NCBI RefSeq assembly: GCF_004010195.1
Contig: NC_057728.1
Span: 43,854,766-43,888,536 of the forward strand
Source: Chiloscyllium plagiosum
Taxonomy: Eukaryota
Length of the DNA stretch: 33,771 nucleotides
Direction: 5' to 3'
Translations under genes and position numbers: made by a program
Notes under the pieces: model-generated
Told to the model about the DNA's origin: nothing
Databases searched by the model: none
The model's input: the letters and a program-made list of their open reading frames with translations, nothing else
Shown here: piece after piece, positions 22,201 to 32,694 of the stretch
Layout: every line of letters begins with the position of its first letter
Numbering within the stretch: the stretch's first letter is position 1

Positions 22201-23253
22201 TAAACAGCAAGTGGTAGGTGCTAGGGTCTTTATTTCAGGTGTTGGTTTGGTTGGGTAGACAAAGCTTGGGATAGTAATGGCTCTTTCAGTCGCCAAAAGT
22301 TTTCTGGATGTGGATACAGTGACTTTGAAAGATTAACAAAAAGTGAATATGACCAAGTTGCAAGAATTAGCAGGGAAGTTGGAATTGCAACTGCCTGCTT
22401 CGGTGAGGAAAGGAGCGATAATTACAGCAGTAGGTCAGCATTTAAACTTGCTGGAGAAAGCATCAGAATCTATAGACATGGCAAGAATTCAATTGCAAAT
22501 GCAGCAGGTTGAGTTAGAGGCGAGAGATAAGGAAAGGGCAGCAAAAATGAAACAGTTTGAGTTATGATTAAAAACCGAACAGAGTGAAAAAGAGAGAGCA
22601 GCAGAAGAGAGAGGAAAAGAGAGAGCTTTTGAACTTCAAAACCTGACACTTAAAAAGGAAAGTCAGCTTAAAAGGCTGGAGATAAAGGCTGAGGGTAGGC
22701 TTAGTGAGGAAGAGAGAAGAGGAGGAGTAAACCCCTGGTAGTCAGAAGCCTAGTGAGAAACTGCTTATGTTCAAGCATTGTCTAAATTTGATAAGAAGGA
22801 TGTGGAAGCCTTTTTCATCTCATTTGAAAAGGTGGCTAAACAAATGCAGTGGCCAGAGGCAATGTGTGTGTTGTTGATCCAAATGAAACTTGTAGGTAGG
22901 GTTAGTGAGGTATTCGCACCACTGTCAGAGGAGGTATCTGGGGAATATGAAAAGGTGAAAAAAAAGCTATTTTAAGTGCATATGAGCTTGTAGCAGATGC
23001 CTACAGACAATGTTTCAGGAATCTAAGGAGGGACCCAGGTCAAACTTATCTTGAGTTTGAAAGGATCAAACAGAGTAATTTCAATAGATGAATAAAAGCT
23101 TTAAAACTCGAGCAAACTTATGATGCCCTTAGAGAGGCAATTATTTTGGAGGAATTCAAAACGTCACTGCCTGAAATAGTGTGAACTCATGTGGAAGAGC
23201 AGGGAGGTAAAACCGCAAGGTTAGCAGCTGAAGTGGCTGATGATTACGAATTG

Positions 23254-23935
23254 AGGAGAAAGTGAGGTCTGCAGATGCTGGAGATCAGAGCTGAAAATGT
23301 GTTGCTGGAAAAGCGCAGCAGGTCAGGCAGCATCCAGGGAACAGGAGAATCGACGTTTCGGGCATAAGCCCTTCTTCAGGAATGAGGAAAGTTTGTCCAG
23401 CAGGCTAAGATAAAAGGTAGGGAGGAGGGACTTGGGGGAGGGGCGTCGGAAATGTGATAGGTGGAAAGAGGGCAAGGTGAGGGTGATAGGTCAGACTGGG
23501 GTGGGGGCGGAGAGGTCGGGAAGAAGATTGCAGGTTAGGAAGGCGGTGCTGAATTCGATGGATTAGACTGAGACAAGGTGGGAGGAGGGGAAATGAGGAA
23601 AATGGTGAAATCCGAGTTCATCCCTTGTGGTTAGAGGGTTCCTAGGCGGAAGATGAGGCACTCTTCCTCCAACCGTCGTTTTGTTGTGGTCTGGCGATGG
23701 AGGAGTCCAAAGACCTGCATATCCTATTTCAGAGGCTATTAAGAGCCAGCCACATTAAGACCATAAGACATAGGAGTGGAAGTAAGGCACATCCAGTCCA
23801 CTGACGAGGGAGTCACGGAGGGAGTGGTCTTTACGGAATGCTGATAGGGGAGGGGAGGGAAATATATGATCTGACGAGGGAGTCACGGAGGGAGTGGTCT
23901 TTACGGAATGCTGATAGGGGAGGGGAGGGAAATAT
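23254..23935 (-). mobile_element. Penelope-like insertion in gag
   Basis: 14 bp TSD ATGATTACGAATTG (23240-23253 and 23936-23949); pLTR with hammerhead; GIY-YIG tail; PPLSAFRKDHSLRDSLV segment. Confidence 0.9.
23348..23383 (-). ncRNA. Minimal hammerhead ribozyme motif
   Basis: Reverse complement reads attc-CTGAAGA-a-GGGC-ttat-GCCC-GAAA-cGTC-gatt. Confidence 0.78.
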
Positions 23936-24298
23936 ATGATTACGAATTGGTCTATAAAACACAGTTTGGCTTCCAGAATCAATTTCAGTCCATGAGGGAT
24001 AGACACTGGGGCAAAGAGAAATCCTCACATGGAAAGGGAAAGGTAGATCTCAATGAAGATCATAAGGAGAACTTACCACAGGGTAAAAAAGAAACCCTTG
24101 AGGGGGAACAAAGAAATGAAAAAGCTCCGGTGTTTTCATTGGGTCACACAAAATCAGTGTTGGTGGGCTAGGAGAAAGCCAGGTGTAAGAAAACCGGACA
24201 AGCCTGGAAGTTTTGTTAGACTAATAATGAAACACACAAGGGAAGTTAGATAACTGCCTCAGAGTGTACAAGATGATCAGAGGCTGATTAAGGAGGAA

Positions 24299-24880
24299 GT
24301 GCCAGATCTGCTTATAAAATACACATGCAAGGGTAAAGTTTATTCACCTAGGCCAGGAGTAGTAGGTAAAGAGGTTACAATATTAGGGGACACAGGATCC
24401 TCTCAGTCTGTAATGTTGAAGGATGAGGAGATATGTACTCCTGAGGGATTATTGCCAGAGAAGGTACTGGTAACAGGAATTCATGATGAGACAAAAAGTG
24501 CTCAGTTATGTAAAGTGAGGCAAAAGAGTCCAGAGAAGAATGGAGAATTTGTAGTAGGAGTACTGGACAAACGCTCAGCTCCAGTAATACAATTTGTCCT
24601 TGCAAATGATATAATGGATTCACCGGTAGGCGTGCTGCCTACTCTAGTTGAAAAGCCAGTGGAGACACAAGCAACTACAGACCTGGAGAATGTTTATCCA
24701 GGGATTTTCCCTGATTGTATGATCACAAGATCACAAAGGCACAAGTTGAAGCAGGAGAGATCAAAAGGCACAGATAAGGAAGCTGACGTAGTGTTATCCA
24801 AAACTTTCTTTTATCAGGTAAGTGGAACAGAGAAGGAACCAGTAAACAAGCCAGTATTTTTAGCACTGCTTGCTGATTGA
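24299..24880 (+). pseudogene. Gypsy aspartic protease region
   Basis: VTILGDTGSSQS active-site motif and FVLAND. Confidence 0.8.
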
Positions 24881-25059
24881 ATTACAGCCGAAAGATGAGG
24901 AGTTAAAACAGTTATATTAAAAGGCTTTTACTGAGAAAGAAAGTGAATGCATTCTTGTGTGTTATTAATTAACAAATGATCTCTTAATGAGGAAATGGAG
25001 ACTATTACACATTCAAGCAGATGAAAACTTGGCAGAGATTCATCAAATTGTTTTTTAGC

Positions 25060-26070
25060 TAGAAGGGTGTAGAAAGGAAGTGCTGTGAGTAGCGCATGAG
25101 CTACCACTTGGAGGTCATTTAGGACTGAGAAAAACAAGAGGTTTAAATACAAAGACATTTTTACTGACCTGGACAACACAAAGATGTAGTTGAATTTTGC
25201 CAGACATGTCATACATGTCAGCTAATCGGAAAACCACAGGGAGTAAGAAAACCTGCACCTTTAATACTTATTCCAGCATTTGAGGAACCTTTCACAAGAG
25301 TCTTGATTGATTGTGTAGGTTCCCTATCTCAAACAAAAATTGGGAATAAGTATTTATTAACAATAATGGATATGTCGACTAGATTTCTAGAGGCAATCCT
25401 ATTACACAACATCACAGCTAAAAGAGTTGTAGAAGAATTACTTAAATTTTTTACTAGATATGGACTGCTGATAGAGACTCGGTCAGATCAAGGATCAAAC
25501 TTCACATCCAAGGAGGTTATGGATAACTTGGGAGTAAAGTAGATTCAAATCTGCTGTGTACCAACCATCTGGAATCGCAGGGAATGCTAGAGAGATGGCT
25601 TCAAACACTGAAGACCATGTTAAGGACTGATGGTCAGAATTATCCAGACGATTGGGATAAGGAAGTTCCGTTTGTACTTTTGCGATCAGAGATGCACTGG
25701 ATGAATCGACCAAATTCAGTCCATTTGAATTAATTTTTGGGCATGAAGTAAGAGGACCATTAAAACTGATTAAGGAGAAATTAATAAGAGAGAATTCAGA
25801 GCCCACCCATTTGGACTATGTGTCAACTTTTAGAGAATGACTAAATAGAGCTGGAGAGTTGACTAGACAGCATTTAAAAGTATCACAGCATACAATGAAA
25901 CAGGAAGTGGATAAGTAACACAAATTTGCAATTTTGCAATCGGGGATAAGGTATTGGTGTTACTTCCAGTAACAGGTGAGCCTTTAAAAGAAAGGTTTAG
26001 TGGACCGTATCAAATTCAGCAGAAATTGAGTGAAGTGAACCACTTGATAAGTCCTCCAGACAGGAAAAGA
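25060..26070 (+). pseudogene. Gypsy integrase, upstream of RT
   Basis: AHELPLGGHLG and CQTCHTCQ (HHCC), EEPFTRVLIDCVG, SDQGSNFTS, SPFELIFG and a GPY motif; disrupted. Confidence 0.88.
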
Positions 26071-26238
26071 TCTGGGCGGCACGGTGGTTAGCACTGCTAC
26101 CTTCCAGTAACAGGTGAGCCTTTAAAAGAAAGGTTTAGTGGACCGTATCAAATTCAGCAGAAATTGAGTGAAGTGAACCACTTGATAAGTCCTTCAGACA
26201 GGAAGAGATCTGGGCGGCACGGTAGTTAGCACTGCTAC
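25963..26238 (+). repeat. Tandem duplication with a 138 bp unit (25963-26100 and from 26101)
   Basis: Near-identical copies with 3 substitutions; each spans the integrase end and the first bases of the SINE. Confidence 0.92.
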
Positions 26239-26482
26239 CTCACAGCACCAGAGCCCCGGGTTCAATTCCCACCTCAGGCGACTGACTGTGTGGAATTTCC
26301 TCCGGGTGCTCCGGTTTCCTCCCACAGTCCAAAAATTTGCAGATTATGTGAATTGGCCATGCTAAATTGCCCATAGTGTTAGGTGTCGGGGGATGGGTCT
26401 GGGTGGGTTGCGCTTCGGGCGGGTCGGTGTGGTCTTGTTGGGCCGAAGGGCCTGTTTCCACACTGTTAATCTAATCTAATCT
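26212..26482 (+). mobile_element. HE1-like tRNA-derived V-SINE inside Gypsy pol
   Basis: tRNA head (gggcggcacggt, B-box ggttcaattcc), core cctccgggtgctccggtttcctcccacagtccaaa, LINE-like tail gggccgaagggcctgttt and (TAATC)n; ATCT on both sides. Confidence 0.88.
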
Positions 26483-26739
26483 CACAGAGTGTGTCATGTG
26501 ACTGGTCAAAAGGTATTTTGATAGGGAAGGAAAGCAAGAGGAGGTGTTAATGATTACAGCACAGAAGGGAGAACCAGGTTCAAAGGATTCTGAATTGGAT
26601 ATTCCTCAAATCAAACTGGACAATGAGGAAGTTGTCAAAAATTGGGATAAATTTAGTTACCTTCCACAAGAAAATCGAAACAACCTGAAAGAGTTATGGG
26701 GAGATATGTGGAAATAAATAGGAAGTTCGAACCTAATTG

Positions 26740-27130
26740 TGCATGATGTAGATATAGGAGATGCTGTTCCAATTAAGCAACATCCTTACAGTCATAACCC
26801 TCTAAAGTTGGCACAAGTTCAGAAGGAGATAGATGCATCCTCCAAGATGGCATAATCAAAGTGAGTTACAGTGACTGGAGCTCACCCATCGTCATGGTTC
26901 CAAAGCCAGATGGTACCCAATGGTTATGTGTGGACTATCGCAAGGTCAACGCCATTACAAAGCCTGATGAATATCCAATTCCATGGTTGGAGGACTGTGT
27001 CGAAAAGGTGGGACAAGCAACTTACGTTTCTAAATTGGATTTGCTCAGAGGCTACTGGCAAGTACCTCTGTCAGAGAAAGAAAAGACAATTTCAGCTTCT
27101 GTAATGCCAAATTGACTCTATCAGTTCAAA
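26740..27130 (+). pseudogene. Gypsy reverse transcriptase, N-terminal part (continues briefly at 28584-28628)
   Basis: PIKQHPY, WSSPIVMVPKPDGT, CVDYRKVN, KLDLLRGYWQVPL; LYQFK|VMPF resumes after the insertion. Confidence 0.9.
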
Positions 27131-27189
27131 TTCTGGATCAGTGGTGCTGGAAGAGCACAGCAATTCAGGCAGCATCCGACGAGCAGCAA

Positions 27190-27225
27190 AATCGACGTTT
27201 CGGGCAAAAGCCCTTCATCAGGAAT
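27190..27225 (-). ncRNA. Minimal hammerhead ribozyme, intact core
   Basis: Reverse complement reads attc-CTGATGA-a-GGGC-tttt-GCCC-GAAA-cGTC-gatt. Confidence 0.82.
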
Positions 27226-28439
27226 AAAGGCAGAGAGCCTGAAGCGTGGAGAGATAAGCTAGAGGAGGGTGGGGGTGGGGAGAAAGTAGCATAGAGTACA
27301 ATAGGTGAGTGGGGGAGGAGATGAAGGTGATAGGTCAGGGAGGAGAGGGTGGAGTGGATAGGTGGAAAAGGAGCTAGGCAGGTCGGACAAGTCCGGATAG
27401 GTCAAGGGGACAATGCGGGCTGGAAGTTTGAAACTAGGATGAGGTGGGGGAAGGGCAAAAGAGGAAGCTGTTGAAGTCCACATTGATGCCCTGGGGTTGA
27501 AGTATTCCGAGGCGGAAGATGAGGCGTTCTTTCTCCAGGCGTCTGGTGGTGAGGGAGTGGCGGTGAAGGAGGTCCAGGACCTCCATGTCCTCGGCAGAGT
27601 GGGAGGGGGAGTTGAAATGTTGGGCCACGGGGCGGTTTGGTTAATTGGTGCGGGTGTCTCGGAGATGTTCCCTAAAGCGCTCTGCTAGGAGGCGCCCAGT
27701 CTCTCCAGTGTACAGGAGACCGCATCGGGAGCAACGGATACAATAGATGATATTAGTGGATGTGCAGGTAAAACTTTGATGGATGTGGAAAGCACCTTTG
27801 GGGCCTTGGATAGAGGTGAGGGAGGAGGTGTGGGCGCAAGTTTTACAGTTCCTGCGGTGGCAGGGAAAAGTGCCAGGATGGGAGGGTGGGTCATAGGGGG
27901 GCGTGGACCTGACCAGGTAGCCACGGAGGGAACGGTCTTTGCGGAAGGCGGAAAGGGGTGGGGAGAGAAATATATCCCTGGTGGTGGGGTCTGTTTGGAG
28001 GTGGCGGAAATGTCGGCGGATGATTTGGTTTATGCGAAGGTTGGTAGGGTGGAAGGTGAGCACCAGGGGCGTTCTGTCCTTGTGGCGGTTGGAGGGGTTG
28101 GGTCTGAGGGCGGAGGTCGGGATGTGGATGAGATGCGTTGGAGGGCATCTTTAACCACGTGGGAAGGGAAATTGCGGTCTCTAAAGAAGGAGGCCATCTG
28201 GTGTGTTCTATGGTGGAACCGCTCCTCCTGGGAGCAGATACGGCAGANNNNNNNNNNNNNNNNNNNNNNNNNNNNNNNNNNNNNNNNNNNNNNNNNNNNN
28301 NNNNNNNNNNNNNNNNNNNNNNNNNNNNNNNNNNNNNNNNNNNNNNNNCTCTCCCACCACCTATTGTACTCTATGCTACTTTCTCCCCACCCCCACCCTC
28401 CTCTAGCTTATCTCTCCACGCTTCAGGCTCACAGCCTTT

Positions 28440-28475
28440 ATTCCTGATGAAGGGCTTTTGCCCGAAACGTCGATT
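28440..28475 (+). ncRNA. Minimal hammerhead ribozyme, intact core
   Basis: attc-CTGATGA-a-GGGC-tttt-GCCC-GAAA-cGTC-gatt; predicted cleavage after GUC at 28471. Confidence 0.82.
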
Positions 28476-28628
28476 TTGCTGCTCGTCGGATGCTGCCTGA
28501 ATTGCTGTGCTCTTCCAGCACCACTGATCCAGAATCTGGTTTCCAGCATCTGCAGTCATTGTTTTTACCTCTATCAGTTCAAAGTCATGCCATTTGATAT
28601 AAAAATCTTCCAGCCACATTTCAGAGAC

Positions 28629-28773
28629 TTTTGCCAGACATGTCATACATGTCAGCTAATCAGAAAACCACAGGGAGTAACAAAACCTACACCTTTAATA
28701 TCTATTCCAGCATTTGAGGAACCTTTCACAAGAGTCTTGATTGATTGTGTAGGTTCCCTACCTCAAACAAAAA
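28629..28773 (+). repeat. Displaced 145 bp copy of integrase segment 25195-25339
   Basis: ttttgccagacatgtcatacatgtcagc...ctcaaacaaaaa occurs at both sites with a few substitutions. Confidence 0.92.
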
Positions 28774-28916
28774 GTTTGACCTTTGTGGAAAAATTTAAGG
28801 ACAAAAATGCCAGACTGTTTAAATGGAGCTTGTTGTTGCAGCCATTCAATTTGACAATTGTGCATGTGGCAGGTCGCGAGAACGTCACTGCCGATGCATT
28901 ATCAAGACTTGAATGA
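28774..28916 (+). pseudogene. Gypsy RNase H C-terminal remnant
   Basis: NARLFKWSLLLQPFNLTIVHVAGRENVTADALSR. Confidence 0.88.
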
Positions 28917-29071
28917 GATATGGGGGCATTCGATGGTGGGTGTGCCGTGGCCTGAATTTGCATATGGCTGAGCATGTTTGCAAGTTTATAGTTAGTATAG
29001 TGTATACGTGTGTTCAGACTACTAACCAGGTTTTGAAGGATTAAAAATGAAGATATTGATAATTTTCTTTT

Positions 29072-29084
29072 GGGGGGGGGGGGG
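29072..29084 (+). promoter_or_regulatory. Polypurine tract
   Basis: G13 run directly before the TGTCAC of the 3' LTR. Confidence 0.8.
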
Positions 29085-30794
29085 TGTCACGAATCTCGTC
29101 TCTTTTCTTTTGTTCGACAAAGTTCCCCATGGGAGACTGTTTAGCAAGGTTAGTTCTCACGGAATACAAGGAGAACTAGCCATTTGGATGCAGAACTGGC
29201 TCAAAGGTAGAACACAGAGGGTTGTTTTTCAGATTGGAGGCCTGTGACCAGTGGAGTGCCACAAGGATTGGTGCTAGGTCCACTACTTTTCGTCATTTAT
29301 ATAAATGATGCGAGCATAAGAGGTATAGTTAGTAAGTACAGATGACACCACAATTGGAGGTGGAGTGGACAGCGAAGAAGGTTACCTCAGATTACAACAG
29401 GATCTTGATCAGATGGGCCAATGGACTGAAAAGTGGCAGATAAATGTGAGGTTCTGCATTTTGGGAAAGCAAATCTTAGCAGGACTTATACACTTCATGG
29501 TAAGGTCCTAGGGAGTGTTGCTGAGTGGAGTCACAGGTAGATAGGATAGTGAAGAAGGCATTTGGTATGCTTTCCTTTATTGGTCAGTATTGAGTACAGG
29601 AGTTGGGAGGTCATGTTGCAGTTGTACAGGACATTGGTTAGGCCACTGTTGGAATATTGTGTGCAATTCTAGTCTCCTTCCTATTGGAAAGATGTTGTGA
29701 AACTTGAAAGGGTTCAGAAAATATTTCAAGGATGTTGCCAGGGTAGGAGGATTTGAGCTATAAGGATAGCTGAACAGGCTGGGGCTGTTTTCCCTGGAGC
29801 GTTGGAGGTTGAAGGGTGACCTTATAGAGATCTTACAAAATTATGAGGGGCATGGATAGGATAAATAGACAAATTCTTTTCCGTGGGGTGGGGGAGTCCA
29901 GAACTAGAGAACATAGATTTAGGGTGAGAGGGGAAAGGTATAAAAGAGACCTAAGGGGCAACTTTTTCACACAGAGGGTGGTACGTTTATGGAATGAGTT
30001 GCCAGAGGAAGTGGTGGAGGCTGGTACAATTGCAACATTTAAAAGGCATCTTGGATGGATATATGAATAGGAAGGGTTTGGAGGGATATGGGCCGGGTGC
30101 TGACAGGTGGGACTAGATTGGTTTGGGATATCTGGTCAGCATGGACGCGTTGGACCAAAGGGTCTGTTTCCTAACTCTATGGCTCTATGACTCTGTTCCT
30201 TTTCTCAAGGAGACTCTGCCCTCAATTTTTTTTTCAGAGGGGCAATAAACTGGGCCGGACTCCGATCAGTCTGGTTTGGTACAGAGATGAAAAGGATTTT
30301 GAGAGGCCTTTTGTTTATATGTCATCAGGTGAGACTTCAGGCCAAAGTGGTCATGTTTTTAGAAGTGACCTGTATAATGAAAGGGAAGTGGTCAGCTCTC
30401 TAGCTAGCTGAGCTGACCTAAACTGTTTTTAGTTCAGTCTTGAGCTGTGTGGAAACTCTCTTTCTTTTCTACCCTTCAATGTCAACCTGTAAGTATGTGT
30501 TCCATTTATACTGGTTTTTAAAGGGAGTTTGCTTTTGGGACTGTTGTGTGTATTCGGAACAGCATAATTAAGTCTAGCTAGATAGGTTCAGTTCTGTAAG
30601 AGTTTTTTATTCTGTCCTGTGTGTTTCATTGTGTAATTTTGTACATTTGTTTTTGTCCGTTTTAAAATTAGTACTCAACCTAGCTATTTTACCCTGGGTA
30701 ATTTTCACTGTAGATTTACTGAAACAAATTGTAAAGGTAGATCTAGGGCTGCCTGCTTAAGAATGTTTTGAGTGATCTGGCCTAGTCCATAACA
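29085..30794 (+). repeat. 3' LTR, interrupted by a CR1
   Basis: TGTCAC after the PPT; homology to the 5' LTR resumes near 30193 and ends CATAACA. Confidence 0.88.
29113..30192 (+). mobile_element. 5'-truncated CR1-clade LINE inside the 3' LTR
   Basis: FDKVPH through FFTQRVVRLWNELP; ctctatggctctatgact tail; similar to 12744-13954. Confidence 0.92.
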
Positions 30795-31879
30795 GCCACT
30801 GTCCCCACCTCTCACCACATCTCATTGTCTATCCCCCTCACCATTGATATCTTCCCTCACTCGCTCTCACCTGCTCCAACCTCCAACACTATAAACTGTG
30901 TATGCTTTTACACTGCCTACTCACTCTCCAGGATTACCTCTCCACCTGCACCAACAGTAACAGTTGTGCCCCACCTGTTTCATCTCCCATAATACCTGCC
31001 CCTAACTAATTCCAGGAGGAAATCAGCCCACCACCTCAAGACAGGTGGTGAGCTGTCCGACATTCAGCTCCTAACCCATTATGTGGAGAGTATCCTGACT
31101 CTGATTGTCTAGAATGGCTGAATAATCAGTCCAAGTCCATGGACTGGTATCAAAGGCTGCCCTTGGCTTCCTGTGCCAGGACCACGTGATCAAAGGTTAT
31201 CTCTCTTGACTTGATTGAGGACTCTAATAACCATGTCAAAGTTTCTGGATTTGTGTCAATGCTAAACAGCCAAGGCATACATAAGTACTGTGAGCCTGGT
31301 ATTTCTGAATGAGAGGAAATCAAGGCAAGGCAGAGATGTTATGAGCATCCAGGTAGACTCAAAGTAAATTAGCCCTAAGAGAGCAAGCAAACAGCTTGGA
31401 GATTTAGTTTTGTTCTGTTCACGTGCTGGGTGCATGTTGCAGAGTGCAAGGGTCCTTGCTGCAGTATTACAATGATAGTTGCTGTAGTGACCCCAGGTAG
31501 AGCATTGATGTGCAGAAGTATACTGTTATGTCCTCAGAGGCTGAAACACATTGGATGCCAGAGCCATGATGATGAGCTGCATGTGGCCAGTGACCATTTT
31601 TTTGTGCCCTGAACTATTGGCGTTTATTGTCTAATATGGGGATCCTTTGGCACATGCAGTGAGCCAGATACCTACTTTGACTTGCACATTGAGAAATGCC
31701 AATGTCTAGTTTGCTCACAGTGGATTGTAGGATGGAACGCTGCACATGAATGAGGCAAAACATGCAGTTAATCAGGTTGTTAACAAGTAATAATCTTTCT
31801 TAATAGACAGCTTATTGCTGTTTAGCAAGAATTTTTGAATGCCTGGAACTTAGTTAAAAATTCATCATTGAGAATGTTC

Positions 31880-32690
31880 TCCCTGGATTTCTTGCAGAGT
31901 TCTACCACATTTCTTCTTAGCCCACATTGTTCAGACCTCTGTAAGATTCCAACCTCTGCTTGCAACATGTTTGAGAAAGACAGTTCTAAAGACTTAAGGC
32001 TTATGTATGTGATAAAGAAAATTCTCCTAGTCTCTGTCTTAAATGGTTGGCTATTTATTTTAAAACAGTGACTCCTTGTTCTTGAATTTCCACAAGAGGA
32101 AATAGCTTTCATACATCCCCCAATCAAAGCCCTTCAGGATTTTACATGTTTCAATCAAGTCACCTCTTACTCTTCTAAACTCCAGCAGATGCAAGCTGAA
32201 CCTGTTCAACCTTTCTCAGAAGTCAACCTGCCCATTCCAGGTATTAACCAAGTAAACTTTTTCTAAATTGCTTCAAACACATTTCAATTCTTCTTTAAAT
32301 AGGGCGATCAATACTGGCCACAGTACTCCAGATGTAGTCTTATCAATACCCTGTATAGCTGAAGCATAACCTCACTATTTTTGTATTCAATTCCTCTTGC
32401 CCAAAAATATATTACTCTGTTAGCTTTTCTAATTACTTGTTGAATCTGTATACTAACCATGCACTTGGGCATCCAACTGCTGCTAAACCTCAGAACTCCG
32501 CAATCTCTCAATATTCAGATAATTTGCTTCTTTTTACTCATTGTGTCAAAATAGAAAATTTCACATGATACACATTTGGCTCAGGAACTGATTCTTACAA
32601 TACAATACCTGTTACATCTTGCCAACAGAGAATGACATATTCATGACTACTCTCTGTTTCCTGCTCGCTCGCCAATCTTCTATCTATACG
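31880..32690 (-). mobile_element. Old degenerate CR1-clade LINE fragment
   Basis: Minus-strand ARGIEYKNSEVMLQLYRVLIRLHLEYC and SRTRSHCFKI...RRIFF motifs. Confidence 0.75.
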
Positions 32691-32694
32691 TTAC

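Larger units (their letters stand above)
22277..24250 (+). pseudogene. Gypsy gag with SCAN-like region, disrupted and split by a Penelope-like insertion
   Basis: FDKKDVEAFFISFEKVAKQMQWP, AYELVADAYRQCFR, IILEEFKTSLP...AAEVADDYEL; multiple stops and frameshifts. Confidence 0.8.
27131..28568 (-). mobile_element. Penelope-like element with inverted terminal pLTRs and a GIY-YIG endonuclease region, inserted in RT
   Basis: 15 bp TSD CTCTATCAGTTCAAA (27116-27130 and 28569-28583). NIIYCIRCSRCGLLYTGETGR...RFREH with one stop at 27641. Termini ~27131-27315 and ~28349-28533 are near-perfect inverted copies; contains an N-gap. Confidence 0.93.
20677..30794 (+). mobile_element. Gmr1-like Ty3/Gypsy LTR retrotransposon, defective, with nested insertions
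   Basis: Two homologous LTRs (TGTCAC...CATAACA), PBS, poly-G PPT, domain order gag-PR-IN-RT-RH, and flanks GCTAC/GCCAC (5 bp TSD with one mismatch). Confidence 0.92.

Noticed and set aside
26212..26275. tRNA-like sequence with A/B boxes
   Set aside because: It is the SINE head, not a full cloverleaf tRNA gene.
27776..28447. 223 aa plus-strand ORF
   Set aside because: It is the antisense of Penelope coding sequence, extended by Ns.
19493..31835. Possible Harbinger TIR pair gggccaaatcttgc / gcaagaattt
   Set aside because: The match is partial and there is no TSD, so element ends were not called.
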